A program made the translations under genes and the position numbers. DNA of 37,599 nucleotides from Candidatus Limnocylindria bacterium. GTDB taxonomy: Bacteria; Chloroflexota; Limnocylindria; Limnocylindrales; CSP1-4. Within the stretch, counting starts at the first letter, position 1. Each line of letters begins with the position of its first letter. The stretch is from positions 1 through 37,599 of the forward strand of contig JBGPMJ010000001.1 of assembly GCA_041486935.1 (NCBI GenBank), written 5' to 3'. A model generated the notes under the pieces. That model saw only the letters and a program-made list of their open reading frames with translations, was not told the DNA's origin and did not search any database. Shown here piece by piece: positions 23,273 to 31,191 of this stretch.

Positions 23273-24544
23273 CTACTTTGTCCAGTAGCCGTCCATTACC
23301 TCGTCGGCGACATTCAGATTGAGGCGTTCGCGCTTGCCAGCCGTGTCCTTCTCCAAGTGGATACCGAGTTCCTTGATTACCTCTGGGAAAGGGCGAACAT
23401 GTGCGAGCCCGTCCTTCGGCGTGACCTCGTAAATGAACGCGCGCTCCTCCCCGTTCCAGGCCTCGCAGATCACGTAGGGGCTGTGCGAGGAGATGAGAAC
23501 TTGACTGGCGGGTGCGCCGTCGCTTGGGAAAGCTACGGATCTCATCGCCTCATAGACGTGCCTAGTCGAGCGCGGCGTTAGGCCGTTCTCGGGCTCCTCG
23601 ATGCAGATGATCGGCTGCCGCGAGGGGTTAGCCAACAAGACAGTCAGGCCGACGAGGGAAAGCGTTCCGTCCGACAGGTTTGCCGCAGCCACGACGCCGC
23701 GCGAGTCGTCGAATCTCGCGGAGAAGCCAACGCGGTCGGGGCCAACGGTGTTGAACTCGAAACCGTCGAACCCATCGACGCTGGACCGCAAGCTGTCGAC
23801 GACTTCGTCCAGGGTGGGGCTCGCTGTCTTGTCCAAGAAGTATAGGACGGTCGGAAGGCCCTCGCCCCGGTAATCGAGGCTCGGAGCCTGAGGGGCGGTC
23901 CCGATCGCGTCGGCACTGTCAGCGCCGCTCGGCCCAGCAACACTCACGTCGGGCAACCGGGACGGCTGTGAAAGGAACTGCGGATTCAACCGGAACTTGC
24001 CGATACGACTGACCCCTCGGGCGACGTGCGTGACAAGCGGGTCGGTCTCTTCGTACTGACCGCTGACCTGAGCGCGACGGATGGCGGCGAATATGCTCTG
24101 GTCGTCGGTTAGGTACCGAATCACACTGCCCAGGGGCGAGGCCTCGAGCTCGGACCTGCTGAAGTGGTCTGTCCCGTTCGAGCCCGACAGCTTCTCGTCG
24201 AAGATCTGGTACCGAGGTGGGTCGGCCGCGCCCGCCACTTGGGCGTAGGAGACGGAGTAGGTCAGGTGTTCCTCGTCAGCCGCTGCCCGAGAGAGGTCGA
24301 CCTCGAATGAGATCCGGGCGGCGGGTGCTGCGCCGTGGCTCTTCCTCGAGCGGAACGAGTACGGTCCCGGACCGAAGGCTTCACTGAGCCGTCCTCGAGA
24401 CACCATCGTGAAGTTGAGGAGCGCGTCGAAGAGGGCCGACTTACCTCCGTTATTCGGACCTACGAAGACTGAGATCGGGTGAAGCCCCACCGACGTTTGC
24501 CGGTGGATCATGAAGTTCTTCACTGAGAAGCGGCGGATGAACAC
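23273..24544 (-). CDS. ABC/SMC-like AAA ATPase (AAA_15/AAA_21 type) with no adjacent partner gene
   Basis: Walker A FVGPNNGGKSALFDAL, signature-like LSDGTLSL, Walker B PIICIEEPENGL and H-loop LISSHSPYV. GC is clearly lower (about 55-58%). Confidence 0.8.
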   Translation of the reverse strand: MFIRRFSVKNFMIHRQTSVGLHPISVFVGPNNGGKSALFDALLNFTMVSRGRLSEAFGPGPYSFRSRKSHGAAPAARISFEVDLSRAAADEEHLTYSVSYAQVAGAADPPRYQIFDEKLSGSNGTDHFSRSELEASPLGSVIRYLTDDQSIFAAIRRAQVSGQYEETDPLVTHVARGVSRIGKFRLNPQFLSQPSRLPDVSVAGPSGADSADAIGTAPQAPSLDYRGEGLPTVLYFLDKTASPTLDEVVDSLRSSVDGFDGFEFNTVGPDRVGFSARFDDSRGVVAAANLSDGTLSLVGLTVLLANPSRQPIICIEEPENGLTPRSTRHVYEAMRSVAFPSDGAPASQVLISSHSPYVICEAWNGEERAFIYEVTPKDGLAHVRPFPEVIKELGIHLEKDTAGKRERLNLNVADEVMDGYWTK

Positions 24545-24943
24545 GGGTCACACCTCCCGAAGCCCACCGGCTAAAGCGTCGTGTCTCTGAGACGGCATCC
24601 CGGCTGCACACGCTACGGCATGCGGCGCAACCCTACCTCATGACGCGTCGGCGAGCTTCTTGTCGCGCACAACGGCCGGGCCCGGGCGGCCAGCGTCGGT
24701 TGGAAACAGGTGCTCTGGGAGCGTCTCTGGAATGGGTTGCCGCGACCGGCTCGGCCGCCGGTCGGGTCCGTTCTTGTCCAAGACGGAGAGTGAAACCTGC
24801 TCCGCGTCGAGGACCCGGAATGGTGAACCCAGCACCGGCGCCCTTCACGATGTCCGCGTCGTGTCGGCCGTCGAGCACGTCTACGTTTGTTCTCTTCAGC
24901 GTTTGTCGTCCGCAGGGCATCCCGCGCACCTGATGCTCCTATG

Positions 24944-25993
24944 TCAAGCCGCGGCCGCGAGACCCACCGGTCCGGCGGCTCTGGCGGCTTCATCGTGACG
25001 CATCCGGCGGAAGACCTCGTCGCTGATCCGACGTCGCAGCGCGCGGATGGCCTCGGTCTTCGTGTTGCCCAGGGCCCGTCGGTGCTCCAGGTACGTCTTG
25101 CCGGGCCCCTCGCGCTGGAGCTGCGTGATGGCGATCCGGTGGAGCGCCACGTTGAGCTGGCGGTTGCCCGTCCGGCTCAGGCGATGGCGTTCGGTGTTGC
25201 CCGACCAGACCGGCAGCGGGGCACTGCCGTTGTGCCGGGCGAAGGCGGCGCTCGAGCGGAAGCGACCGATGCCGGCCGTCTCGCCGACGAGCTTGGCGGC
25301 GGTCAAGGGCCCGCAGCCGGTGAGGGCCAGCAGGGATGGCGCGAGGTCGGCGACGAGGCGGGCAATCTCCCGTTCCAGGGCGTTGATCGTCGCGGTCAGC
25401 TCGCGGATCCGGACGACCAGTTCGCGGGCGATGCGGGCGACCGTGCCCGGCTGGCCGGCCAGGCGCGCCTCGAGGGCGGTCAGGACGACCGCGCGGTCGA
25501 GAGCGCGGGCCGGCGGCTCCGTTCCCGGGTCGAGTTCGTGGAGGTGCCATCGCAGCCGGTTCTGGGCACGCGTCCGCTCGGCCACGAGATCCTCGCGGTG
25601 GTCGACGAGCAGGCGCACCTCGCGCTCGGGGCCGTCGAGCGTGGCTACCGGCAGGTCGGGCTCTCGGAGCGCAGCCCGGGCGACGGCGAGGGCGTCGATC
25701 GGATCGCTCTTGCCGGGCTCGCGGGAGGAGCACCGGGCCCCGGCCATGAGCTTGGGTGGCACACGCACGACCGCCTCGCCGGCGCAGAGCAGGTCGCTCG
25801 AGAGGCGGCGGCTGAGGTGCCGGCAGTCTTCCAGTGCCCAGCGCCGCTCGGCGAACCGGGCGGCCCAGCGGACGAGCTCGAGGTGGCCCGCGCTGATCGC
25901 CGCCACGGTCTTCTCCGCGAGTTTACGGCCGGTCGCATCGACCGCCACGACGGTGTGGGTGCGCTTGTGCGAATCGACGCCGAGGATGACCAT
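24944..25993 (-). CDS. IS110-family transposase (DEDD recombinase)
   Basis: N-terminus MVILGVDSHKRTHTVVAVDATG. The C-terminal Transposase_20-like region reads LLALTGCGPLTAAKLVGETAGIGRF.. and ..RTGNRQLNVALH. Tandem GGAGG sequences lie upstream of the ATG. Confidence 0.9.
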   Translation of the reverse strand: MVILGVDSHKRTHTVVAVDATGRKLAEKTVAAISAGHLELVRWAARFAERRWALEDCRHLSRRLSSDLLCAGEAVVRVPPKLMAGARCSSREPGKSDPIDALAVARAALREPDLPVATLDGPEREVRLLVDHREDLVAERTRAQNRLRWHLHELDPGTEPPARALDRAVVLTALEARLAGQPGTVARIARELVVRIRELTATINALEREIARLVADLAPSLLALTGCGPLTAAKLVGETAGIGRFRSSAAFARHNGSAPLPVWSGNTERHRLSRTGNRQLNVALHRIAITQLQREGPGKTYLEHRRALGNTKTEAIRALRRRISDEVFRRMRHDEAARAAGPVGLAAAA

Positions 25994-26235
25994 AGCCTCC
26001 GTTGCCTCCTGATCAGGGGTGACGCTCCGGACCGGCCGGTGGACACGCCTGAGTGGGGGCGCTTACCACGCTCCTATGAAGTCACACCGGTCGGTCCACT
26101 CCATGTCCGGCGACCGGCAGATCGGGTGGAGGCCACACGCGTCGGTGGGCAGCCATGCTACGAGCCAAGCCGCCGGACCTCGACAGGGTGACACTCAGAC
26201 CACGCTACACTGCGCCTCGATGGGGGTCGTGAGAG
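25994..26235 (-). ncRNA. candidate IS110 bridge-RNA-encoding leader (5' non-coding end of the IS)
   Basis: About 240 nt of non-coding sequence lie immediately 5' of the transposase. There are local stems, e.g. CCGGTCG (26087-26093) with CGACCGG (26111-26117). The assignment rests on what is known for IS110/IS621. Confidence 0.3.
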
Positions 26236-26238
26236 CTA

Positions 26239-27129
26239 GTGCCGCCGGCTGAACCAGTCCTCGCAACGGCCGGGCAGCTCCGGCTGCTCCCTGCTGAGCC
26301 GCGCCCGCCCCGGGCGCTAGCCCCGCTATTCCGATGGCCGGGCGGCAAGCGTTGGCTCTTACCGCTGCTCAGGGAGCTCGTGCCAGCAGACGTCGGGCGG
26401 TACTATGAGCCGTTCTTCGGCGGTGGCGCCTTGTTTCTGGCCCTGCGCCCGAATGCCGCGACGATCTCGGACCGGAACTCGGCGCTGATGGACTGCTACA
26501 AAGCCATCCGGGACGACCACGCCGAAGTAGCGCGGATCCTCCGCGGGTTCCCGCGGGATCGCGACAGCTACTTCAAGATCCGCTCGAACCTGCCCGAAGA
26601 ACCCTCAGCGCGAGCAGCTCGCCTGATCTACCTAACCACGCTTGCTTTCAACGGCATCTACCGAGTCAATCGTCGTGGTGCATTCAATGTCCCGTATGGA
26701 GGGCGAACCTACGACGACCTAGGCAACGAGGAAATCCTCCGCGCCCATGCCGAAGCATTCGCGGCCGTCGAGATCAAGTCTGGCGACTTTGAGAACGCCG
26801 TGACCGGAGCCAGCGCGGGCGACTTCGTATATCTGGACCCGCCCTACACGGTCACGCATTCAAACAACGGATTCGTCCGGTACAACGATCGAATCTTCTC
26901 CTGGAAGGACCAGCAGCGCATGGCCGACGTTGCTCAGTCGCTGGGTCGGTCAGGATGCACCGTCGTGGTCTCGAACGCGTCTCATCCCTCGATACTCGAT
27001 CTGTATCCGTCCTTCCGTGCGATCAGCGTGACGAGGACCTCCGTGATGGCGGCCACGGCTGGTCGACGCGGTCCCATCCAGGAGCTTGTCCTGACCAATG
27101 CTCCTACCGCGGAGCCAGGTACGACATGA
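26239..27129 (+). CDS. Dam-family (D12 class) N6-adenine DNA methyltransferase
   Basis: FRWPGGKRWLLP, YYEPFFGGGALFL (motif I) and FVYLDPPY (motif IV, DPPY at 26836-26847). GTG start. The stop overlaps the next ATG. Confidence 0.85.
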   Translation: MPPAEPVLATAGQLRLLPAEPRPPRALAPLFRWPGGKRWLLPLLRELVPADVGRYYEPFFGGGALFLALRPNAATISDRNSALMDCYKAIRDDHAEVARILRGFPRDRDSYFKIRSNLPEEPSARAARLIYLTTLAFNGIYRVNRRGAFNVPYGGRTYDDLGNEEILRAHAEAFAAVEIKSGDFENAVTGASAGDFVYLDPPYTVTHSNNGFVRYNDRIFSWKDQQRMADVAQSLGRSGCTVVVSNASHPSILDLYPSFRAISVTRTSVMAATAGRRGPIQELVLTNAPTAEPGTT

Positions 27130-29384
27130 CCGAAGCGGCGCCCACACTCAAGCTCATTTCCGGGTCTGAACTCGAAGCGGAGCTCCGCCTTCGCCGGTCC
27201 GCTTGGCTCTACAAGCGAGTCGCTCCGTCGGACGTTGCTGCGCACGAGGTTGACGGCTGGACAGAGGCGAGAGTCAACAAGAACTCCGTGCGCCTCCAGA
27301 AGGCGAAGCCGATCGACCAGGCGCTTGAGGATGACGTGTGGTCTCTTCTGGCGCGACTCGGCTTCATTCAGCTGAGCCAGGGTCACCGGTTCGTTATACC
27401 CGTCACCAAAGGCCCCGGACAGATCGTGTCGAAGCAGATCGACGTCCTGGCAGCCGATGACGAGACCGCCCTCGTGGTCGAGTGCAAGGCGTCAGCGCCA
27501 GCAAGACCCCGGTCGATGGCAAGGGATCTCGCGGAAGCCTACGCGCTTCGAGGAGCGGTGATATCGGCGCTGCGCCAGCACTACGGGATCAAGAAGAAGA
27601 TCGGCTGGCTCTTCGTGACCCGGGGGATCATTTGGGGTGACAACGATCGTGCTCGGGCGGACGAGTTCAAGATCCGCGTCCTCACTGACAACGATCTCGA
27701 CTACTTCCTCCGCCTGGCTGACCATCTTGGGACCGCCGCGCGCCATCAACTCCAAGCCGAGGTCTTCGGCGACCAGCAGATCGAAGGCCTGAATCGAACA
27801 GTGCCTGCGGTTCGCGGCCGCATCGGAGGCCGCCGTTTCTACCAATTCACAATCGATCCCGACCGTCTGCTCAAGATTGCGTTCATCAGCCACCGTGCGC
27901 GTCTCGATGCCGAGAGCGTCGGAGCCTATCAGCGGATGCTTCGCAAGGGGAGGTTACGCGACATTCGTCGGTACATCGACGAAGGCGGCGTCTTCCCGAC
28001 CAACGTCGTCGTCAACTTCCGAACCAGACGACGCTTCGAACTGAGTGCCGACAAGTCGGACGGTGACGTCGCCCTCGGCACGCTGTATCTCCCGAACACC
28101 TACAAGTCCGCCTGGATCATCGACGGCCAGCACCGTCTCTACGGATTCGTCGGCAGCAAGTGGTCCAAGTCAACGCAGCTTCCCGTGCTCGCCTTCGAAG
28201 CGCTGCCCCCAAGTGAGGAGGCGCGGCTCTTCGTCGACATCAACAACAAGCAGGTGAAGGTCCAGCGAAGTCTGCTCGTGGAACTGATGTCCGAGCTCTA
28301 CTGGGATTCCCCCATCCCGGACGAGGCGTACCACGCGGTGTTGTCGCGGATCGTCGCCGTATTAGGCAAGGACATCGCCTCCCCGTTCCGCGGCCGAATG
28401 GTCCAAGAGGGCGACACCCAGACCGCGGATACCCCGCTCACCGTGACGGCCGTCTACGAGTCATTGAAGAAGTCCAACCTCGTTGGGGCCATTCGTAAGG
28501 GAGTATTCGACCCCGGGCCTCTGTACGACGGCGATGCCCACAAGGCCGTTCGCCGCTCGGTGGACGTCCTCTCCAAATACTTCCGTCTCTTCGCTGATGC
28601 CCTCCCAGACCACTGGTCTCGGGGCAATGGAGAAGGCGGATACCTCTGTACGAACAACGGCGTAAGCGCACTCCTGCTGGTCCTGGGCGCCATCGTCGAC
28701 CACCTAGATCAATTCGGATCGCCGAAGCCATGGCAGGCCACTCCGCAGGAGCTCGAGGACGCCCTCCACCCCTTCGCGGCCCCAATCACCGAGATCTTCA
28801 AGAAAGCCGACCTACCGGAGATTCGCCAATATCGCCGTCAGGTGGGGAACGCCGGCCAGCGGCAAGCTGCGTTCGCCATGATGGAAGCAGTTCAGTCAGA
28901 GAAGCCCGGCTTCAATCCCGAGGGTCTCGCGGAGTTCATCCGGAGCCAGGATCAGACAGGCACGAACACAGCACGCCAGCTCATGCCCGAGCTTCAGCTC
29001 ACGATCCACGACGCCACGATGACATTGCTCCGCAGTCTTTTCGGACATGACGAGAGTGGTTGGTGGCGTAAGGGGGTCCCCGAGAAGGTCCGGACGGAGG
29101 TCGCGGCGCGTCGTGAGACCAACCCTGAGGGTGGCGCCTACGACCAGTTCTTCGAGCTGCTCGACTATCGCTCGATTGCTGCGGCGAACTGGGATTCCTT
29201 CGATCCTTATTTCGCTTTCGGCCCTGGCAAGGGCAAGGAGAACCAGCTCGCATGGTTCGGTAAGCTCGGCGCGATCCGGAATCGCATTGCCCATCCGGAA
29301 CGGGGGACCGTATCTGAGGAGGAGCTGGCCTTCATCGAGGCGCTGGCTGATCATTTCGAGAAGGTTGCCGCGCCGCTCCTCTAG
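27126..29384 (+). CDS. 752-aa multidomain protein: PD-(D/E)xK-like N-terminus, DGQHR (DndB/ParB-like) domain, C-terminal HEPN (Rx4H)
   Basis: IDVLAADDETALVVECK (27441-27488). AYQRMLRKGRL..FPTNVVVNF, IIDGQHRLYG (DGQHR 28122-28136) and FVDINNKQV. GAIRNRIAHPERG (RNRIAH 29277-29294). ATG 27126 overlaps the methylase TGA (ATGA). Confidence 0.8.
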   Translation: MTEAAPTLKLISGSELEAELRLRRSAWLYKRVAPSDVAAHEVDGWTEARVNKNSVRLQKAKPIDQALEDDVWSLLARLGFIQLSQGHRFVIPVTKGPGQIVSKQIDVLAADDETALVVECKASAPARPRSMARDLAEAYALRGAVISALRQHYGIKKKIGWLFVTRGIIWGDNDRARADEFKIRVLTDNDLDYFLRLADHLGTAARHQLQAEVFGDQQIEGLNRTVPAVRGRIGGRRFYQFTIDPDRLLKIAFISHRARLDAESVGAYQRMLRKGRLRDIRRYIDEGGVFPTNVVVNFRTRRRFELSADKSDGDVALGTLYLPNTYKSAWIIDGQHRLYGFVGSKWSKSTQLPVLAFEALPPSEEARLFVDINNKQVKVQRSLLVELMSELYWDSPIPDEAYHAVLSRIVAVLGKDIASPFRGRMVQEGDTQTADTPLTVTAVYESLKKSNLVGAIRKGVFDPGPLYDGDAHKAVRRSVDVLSKYFRLFADALPDHWSRGNGEGGYLCTNNGVSALLLVLGAIVDHLDQFGSPKPWQATPQELEDALHPFAAPITEIFKKADLPEIRQYRRQVGNAGQRQAAFAMMEAVQSEKPGFNPEGLAEFIRSQDQTGTNTARQLMPELQLTIHDATMTLLRSLFGHDESGWWRKGVPEKVRTEVAARRETNPEGGAYDQFFELLDYRSIAAANWDSFDPYFAFGPGKGKENQLAWFGKLGAIRNRIAHPERGTVSEEELAFIEALADHFEKVAAPLL

Positions 29385-29660
29385 CTGTGATGCGGCGCAG
29401 ACGACGGCGAGGCCCCCTCTTGGCTGTTGGGCACACGATGGAAGCATAGTGTTGGGACTGAGCGCGAGATCGCGGTCATTACCGGTCGACGCCGCTCTTG
29501 ATGTCGGCGGCGACTGCGCCGACGCGGCGCCGGGCGACACCCCTCGGCTGGCCGGCGAACGATCGCGTTCACCCGCGATCACCAAGCCTCACTGCGTAGT
29601 TGCGCCCTTGCCACCCGAGGTGACACGGGACCAACTACTCTGGTGTCACGGGGAGGGAGC

Positions 29661-29981
29661 GTGGTGACGGACCCACAGCTCGAGCGCCGCTTCGACGCGG
29701 CGATGCTCGACATCTATCACGAGGCGTCGCGCCTTGGCTACCGCCCGACGCGCTTCCTCGAGATGGTGCGCGAACACGGCGGGGTCGAGGCGGCACACCT
29801 GTTGCTCGCCAACCGCGAGGCCCAGTCAGGACTGACCGAGTTGTGGCTGCTCGGGAGACCAGACTTCTCGATGGAACACCTCGTCTTGTCGGACGAGTTC
29901 GCCTTGCTCTTCTCGGACGAGGAGCGTCGGACGGCACGGGAACGCTTGGAAGTGATCTTGACCCCTCGGGGGCGCGCATGA
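29661..29981 (+). CDS. small helical protein of unknown function
   Basis: GGGAGGGAG precedes in-frame GTG codons at 29661 and 29664. The composition is balanced (RFDAAMLDIYHEASRLGYRPTRFLEMVREHGGVEAAHLLL..). The stop overlaps the next ATG (ATGA 29978-29981). Confidence 0.6.
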   Translation: MVTDPQLERRFDAAMLDIYHEASRLGYRPTRFLEMVREHGGVEAAHLLLANREAQSGLTELWLLGRPDFSMEHLVLSDEFALLFSDEERRTARERLEVILTPRGRA

Positions 29982-31024
29982 CCGCCATCTGGGAGAAGGC
30001 CGAGGGTGGCTGGAGGACGCTCGTGCCGGCGGGCTTTCCCGACGAGGCCGCGCTGCACGGGTTGGTCGAAGATGCGCCGGAACTTCTGCCGCTGTCAGGC
30101 GCAGCGCGCCTGACAGTGATCGGGCGCGAGGTACCCATCGGGCCTTGGTACGCCGATCTCGTGGCGATCGAGCCGGACGGTCGCGTCGCGATTATCGAGG
30201 TCAAGCTCGCGAAGAACAACGAGGCCCGCCGCGCCGTCGTTGCCCAGGTGCTCTCCTATGCGGCGTTTCTTCGTGGCACTGGGCGCGAGAGCTTCGAGCA
30301 CGACCTGGTCGGACCGTACCTGCACGCCAAGGGCTGGCCCAGTCTGGCCGAGGCGGTCCGCGCGACGACGCAGGACGCCTCGTTCGATGCCGACGCACTT
30401 GCGTCCGGGATCGATCGCAGCCTCGAGCTTGGCGCGTTTCGTCTCGTGCTCGTCCTCGACGACGCTCCACCAGAGCTCGTGCGCCTGGTCGGTTACCTGG
30501 AGCTCATCGGCGAGCACCTCGTGATTGACCTCATCACGGTGACGTCCTACGACGTGGGCGACCGCCAGATCCTCGTCCCGCAGCGCGTCGAACCTGGGCG
30601 GCAGGCGGACATGCAACCGCTCGCCAAGACAGCAGCGGCGGCGGACGCCGTGGCAGATGGCGGTGCTGTCTTCGAGGAGATGATCAAGACCGCGCCGGCA
30701 GACCGTCGTCCTCTCCTGACCCAGTTGCTCCAATGGGCCCGTGACCTCGAGCACGAGAAGCTCGTGCGGCTATTCTCGTACCGCGGCAAGCAGCAGACGT
30801 CGTTGCTGCCACGCCTCCAGCCGGAACAGGTCGGACTCGTCTCGATCTGGCAGAACGGCGGGATGTCGCTCTGGCGTAGCGTCTTCGAGCGCCACGCACC
30901 TGCCTTCATCGAGCGGGTCGAGGCGATCACGGGCGTGCCGATGGGGTTTGGGACCAGCGCCGGCACGGTCACACCCGAGCTGCTCGCGATCCTCACAGAG
31001 GCGTACCGGGAAGCAGCGAAGTAG
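29978..31024 (+). CDS. NucS/DUF91-like PD-(D/E)xK nuclease family protein
   Basis: FPDEAALHGLVEDAPELL...YADLVAIEPDGRVAIIEVKLAKNNEARRAVVAQVLSYAAFL gives a D..ExK core followed by a Q..Y helix, as in NucS-type nuclease domains. Confidence 0.65.
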   Translation: MTAIWEKAEGGWRTLVPAGFPDEAALHGLVEDAPELLPLSGAARLTVIGREVPIGPWYADLVAIEPDGRVAIIEVKLAKNNEARRAVVAQVLSYAAFLRGTGRESFEHDLVGPYLHAKGWPSLAEAVRATTQDASFDADALASGIDRSLELGAFRLVLVLDDAPPELVRLVGYLELIGEHLVIDLITVTSYDVGDRQILVPQRVEPGRQADMQPLAKTAAAADAVADGGAVFEEMIKTAPADRRPLLTQLLQWARDLEHEKLVRLFSYRGKQQTSLLPRLQPEQVGLVSIWQNGGMSLWRSVFERHAPAFIERVEAITGVPMGFGTSAGTVTPELLAILTEAYREAAK

Positions 31025-31030
31025 GCGGGT

Positions 31031-31051
31031 GGGCTGCGACTCGCGCAGCCC
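31031..31051 (+). terminator. hairpin 7 nt after the stop of the nuclease gene
   Basis: GGGCTGCG (31031-31038) pairs with CGCAGCCC (31044-31051) around a 5-nt loop. There is no U-tract. Confidence 0.4.
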
Positions 31052-31191
31052 AGAAAGAGGCTGCGACTGCCGCCCAGGAGGGTGCACAGCATGACGAGGT
31101 CGCCGCGGTCCACGGCCTCGATCACCACGCGCTTCCTTCACGGCGAGTTCTTCACTCACGAGCCGGGCGCGAAGTTCTGGCTGGCCGTGAA

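Larger units (their letters stand above)
24850..26235 (-). mobile_element. IS110-family insertion sequence (ends approximate)
   Basis: A transposase CDS with non-coding flanks. This family normally lacks terminal inverted repeats, so I could not fix the ends by eye. Confidence 0.55.
16294..31190. mobile_element. composite genomic island downstream of tRNA-Arg (two recombinases, an integrase remnant, an IS element, defence-type genes)
   Basis: It contains a serine recombinase, a tyrosine integrase, an integrase 3' remnant, an IS110 transposase, a DUF3987 protein and nuclease/methylase genes. GC is lower than in the flanks. The right boundary is not defined by a repeat that I could find. Confidence 0.5.

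Noticed and set aside
23273-24544. Assigning the ATPase to a named two-gene system (Gabija, Septu, PARIS, OLD-family)
   Set aside because: There is no TOPRIM, HNH or DUF4435 domain in the protein, and no partner ORF next to it. The family cannot be resolved from Walker motifs alone.
24887-26191. 434-aa plus-strand ORF covering the IS110 region
   Set aside because: It is antisense to an unmistakable IS110 transposase. Its composition is Arg/Gly-rich and it has no motifs.
26955-27125. 57-codon N-terminal extension of the DGQHR protein ORF
   Set aside because: It overlaps the 3' end of the methylase gene in another frame. ATG 27126 forms an ATGA overlap with the methylase stop, and the protein-like sequence starts there.
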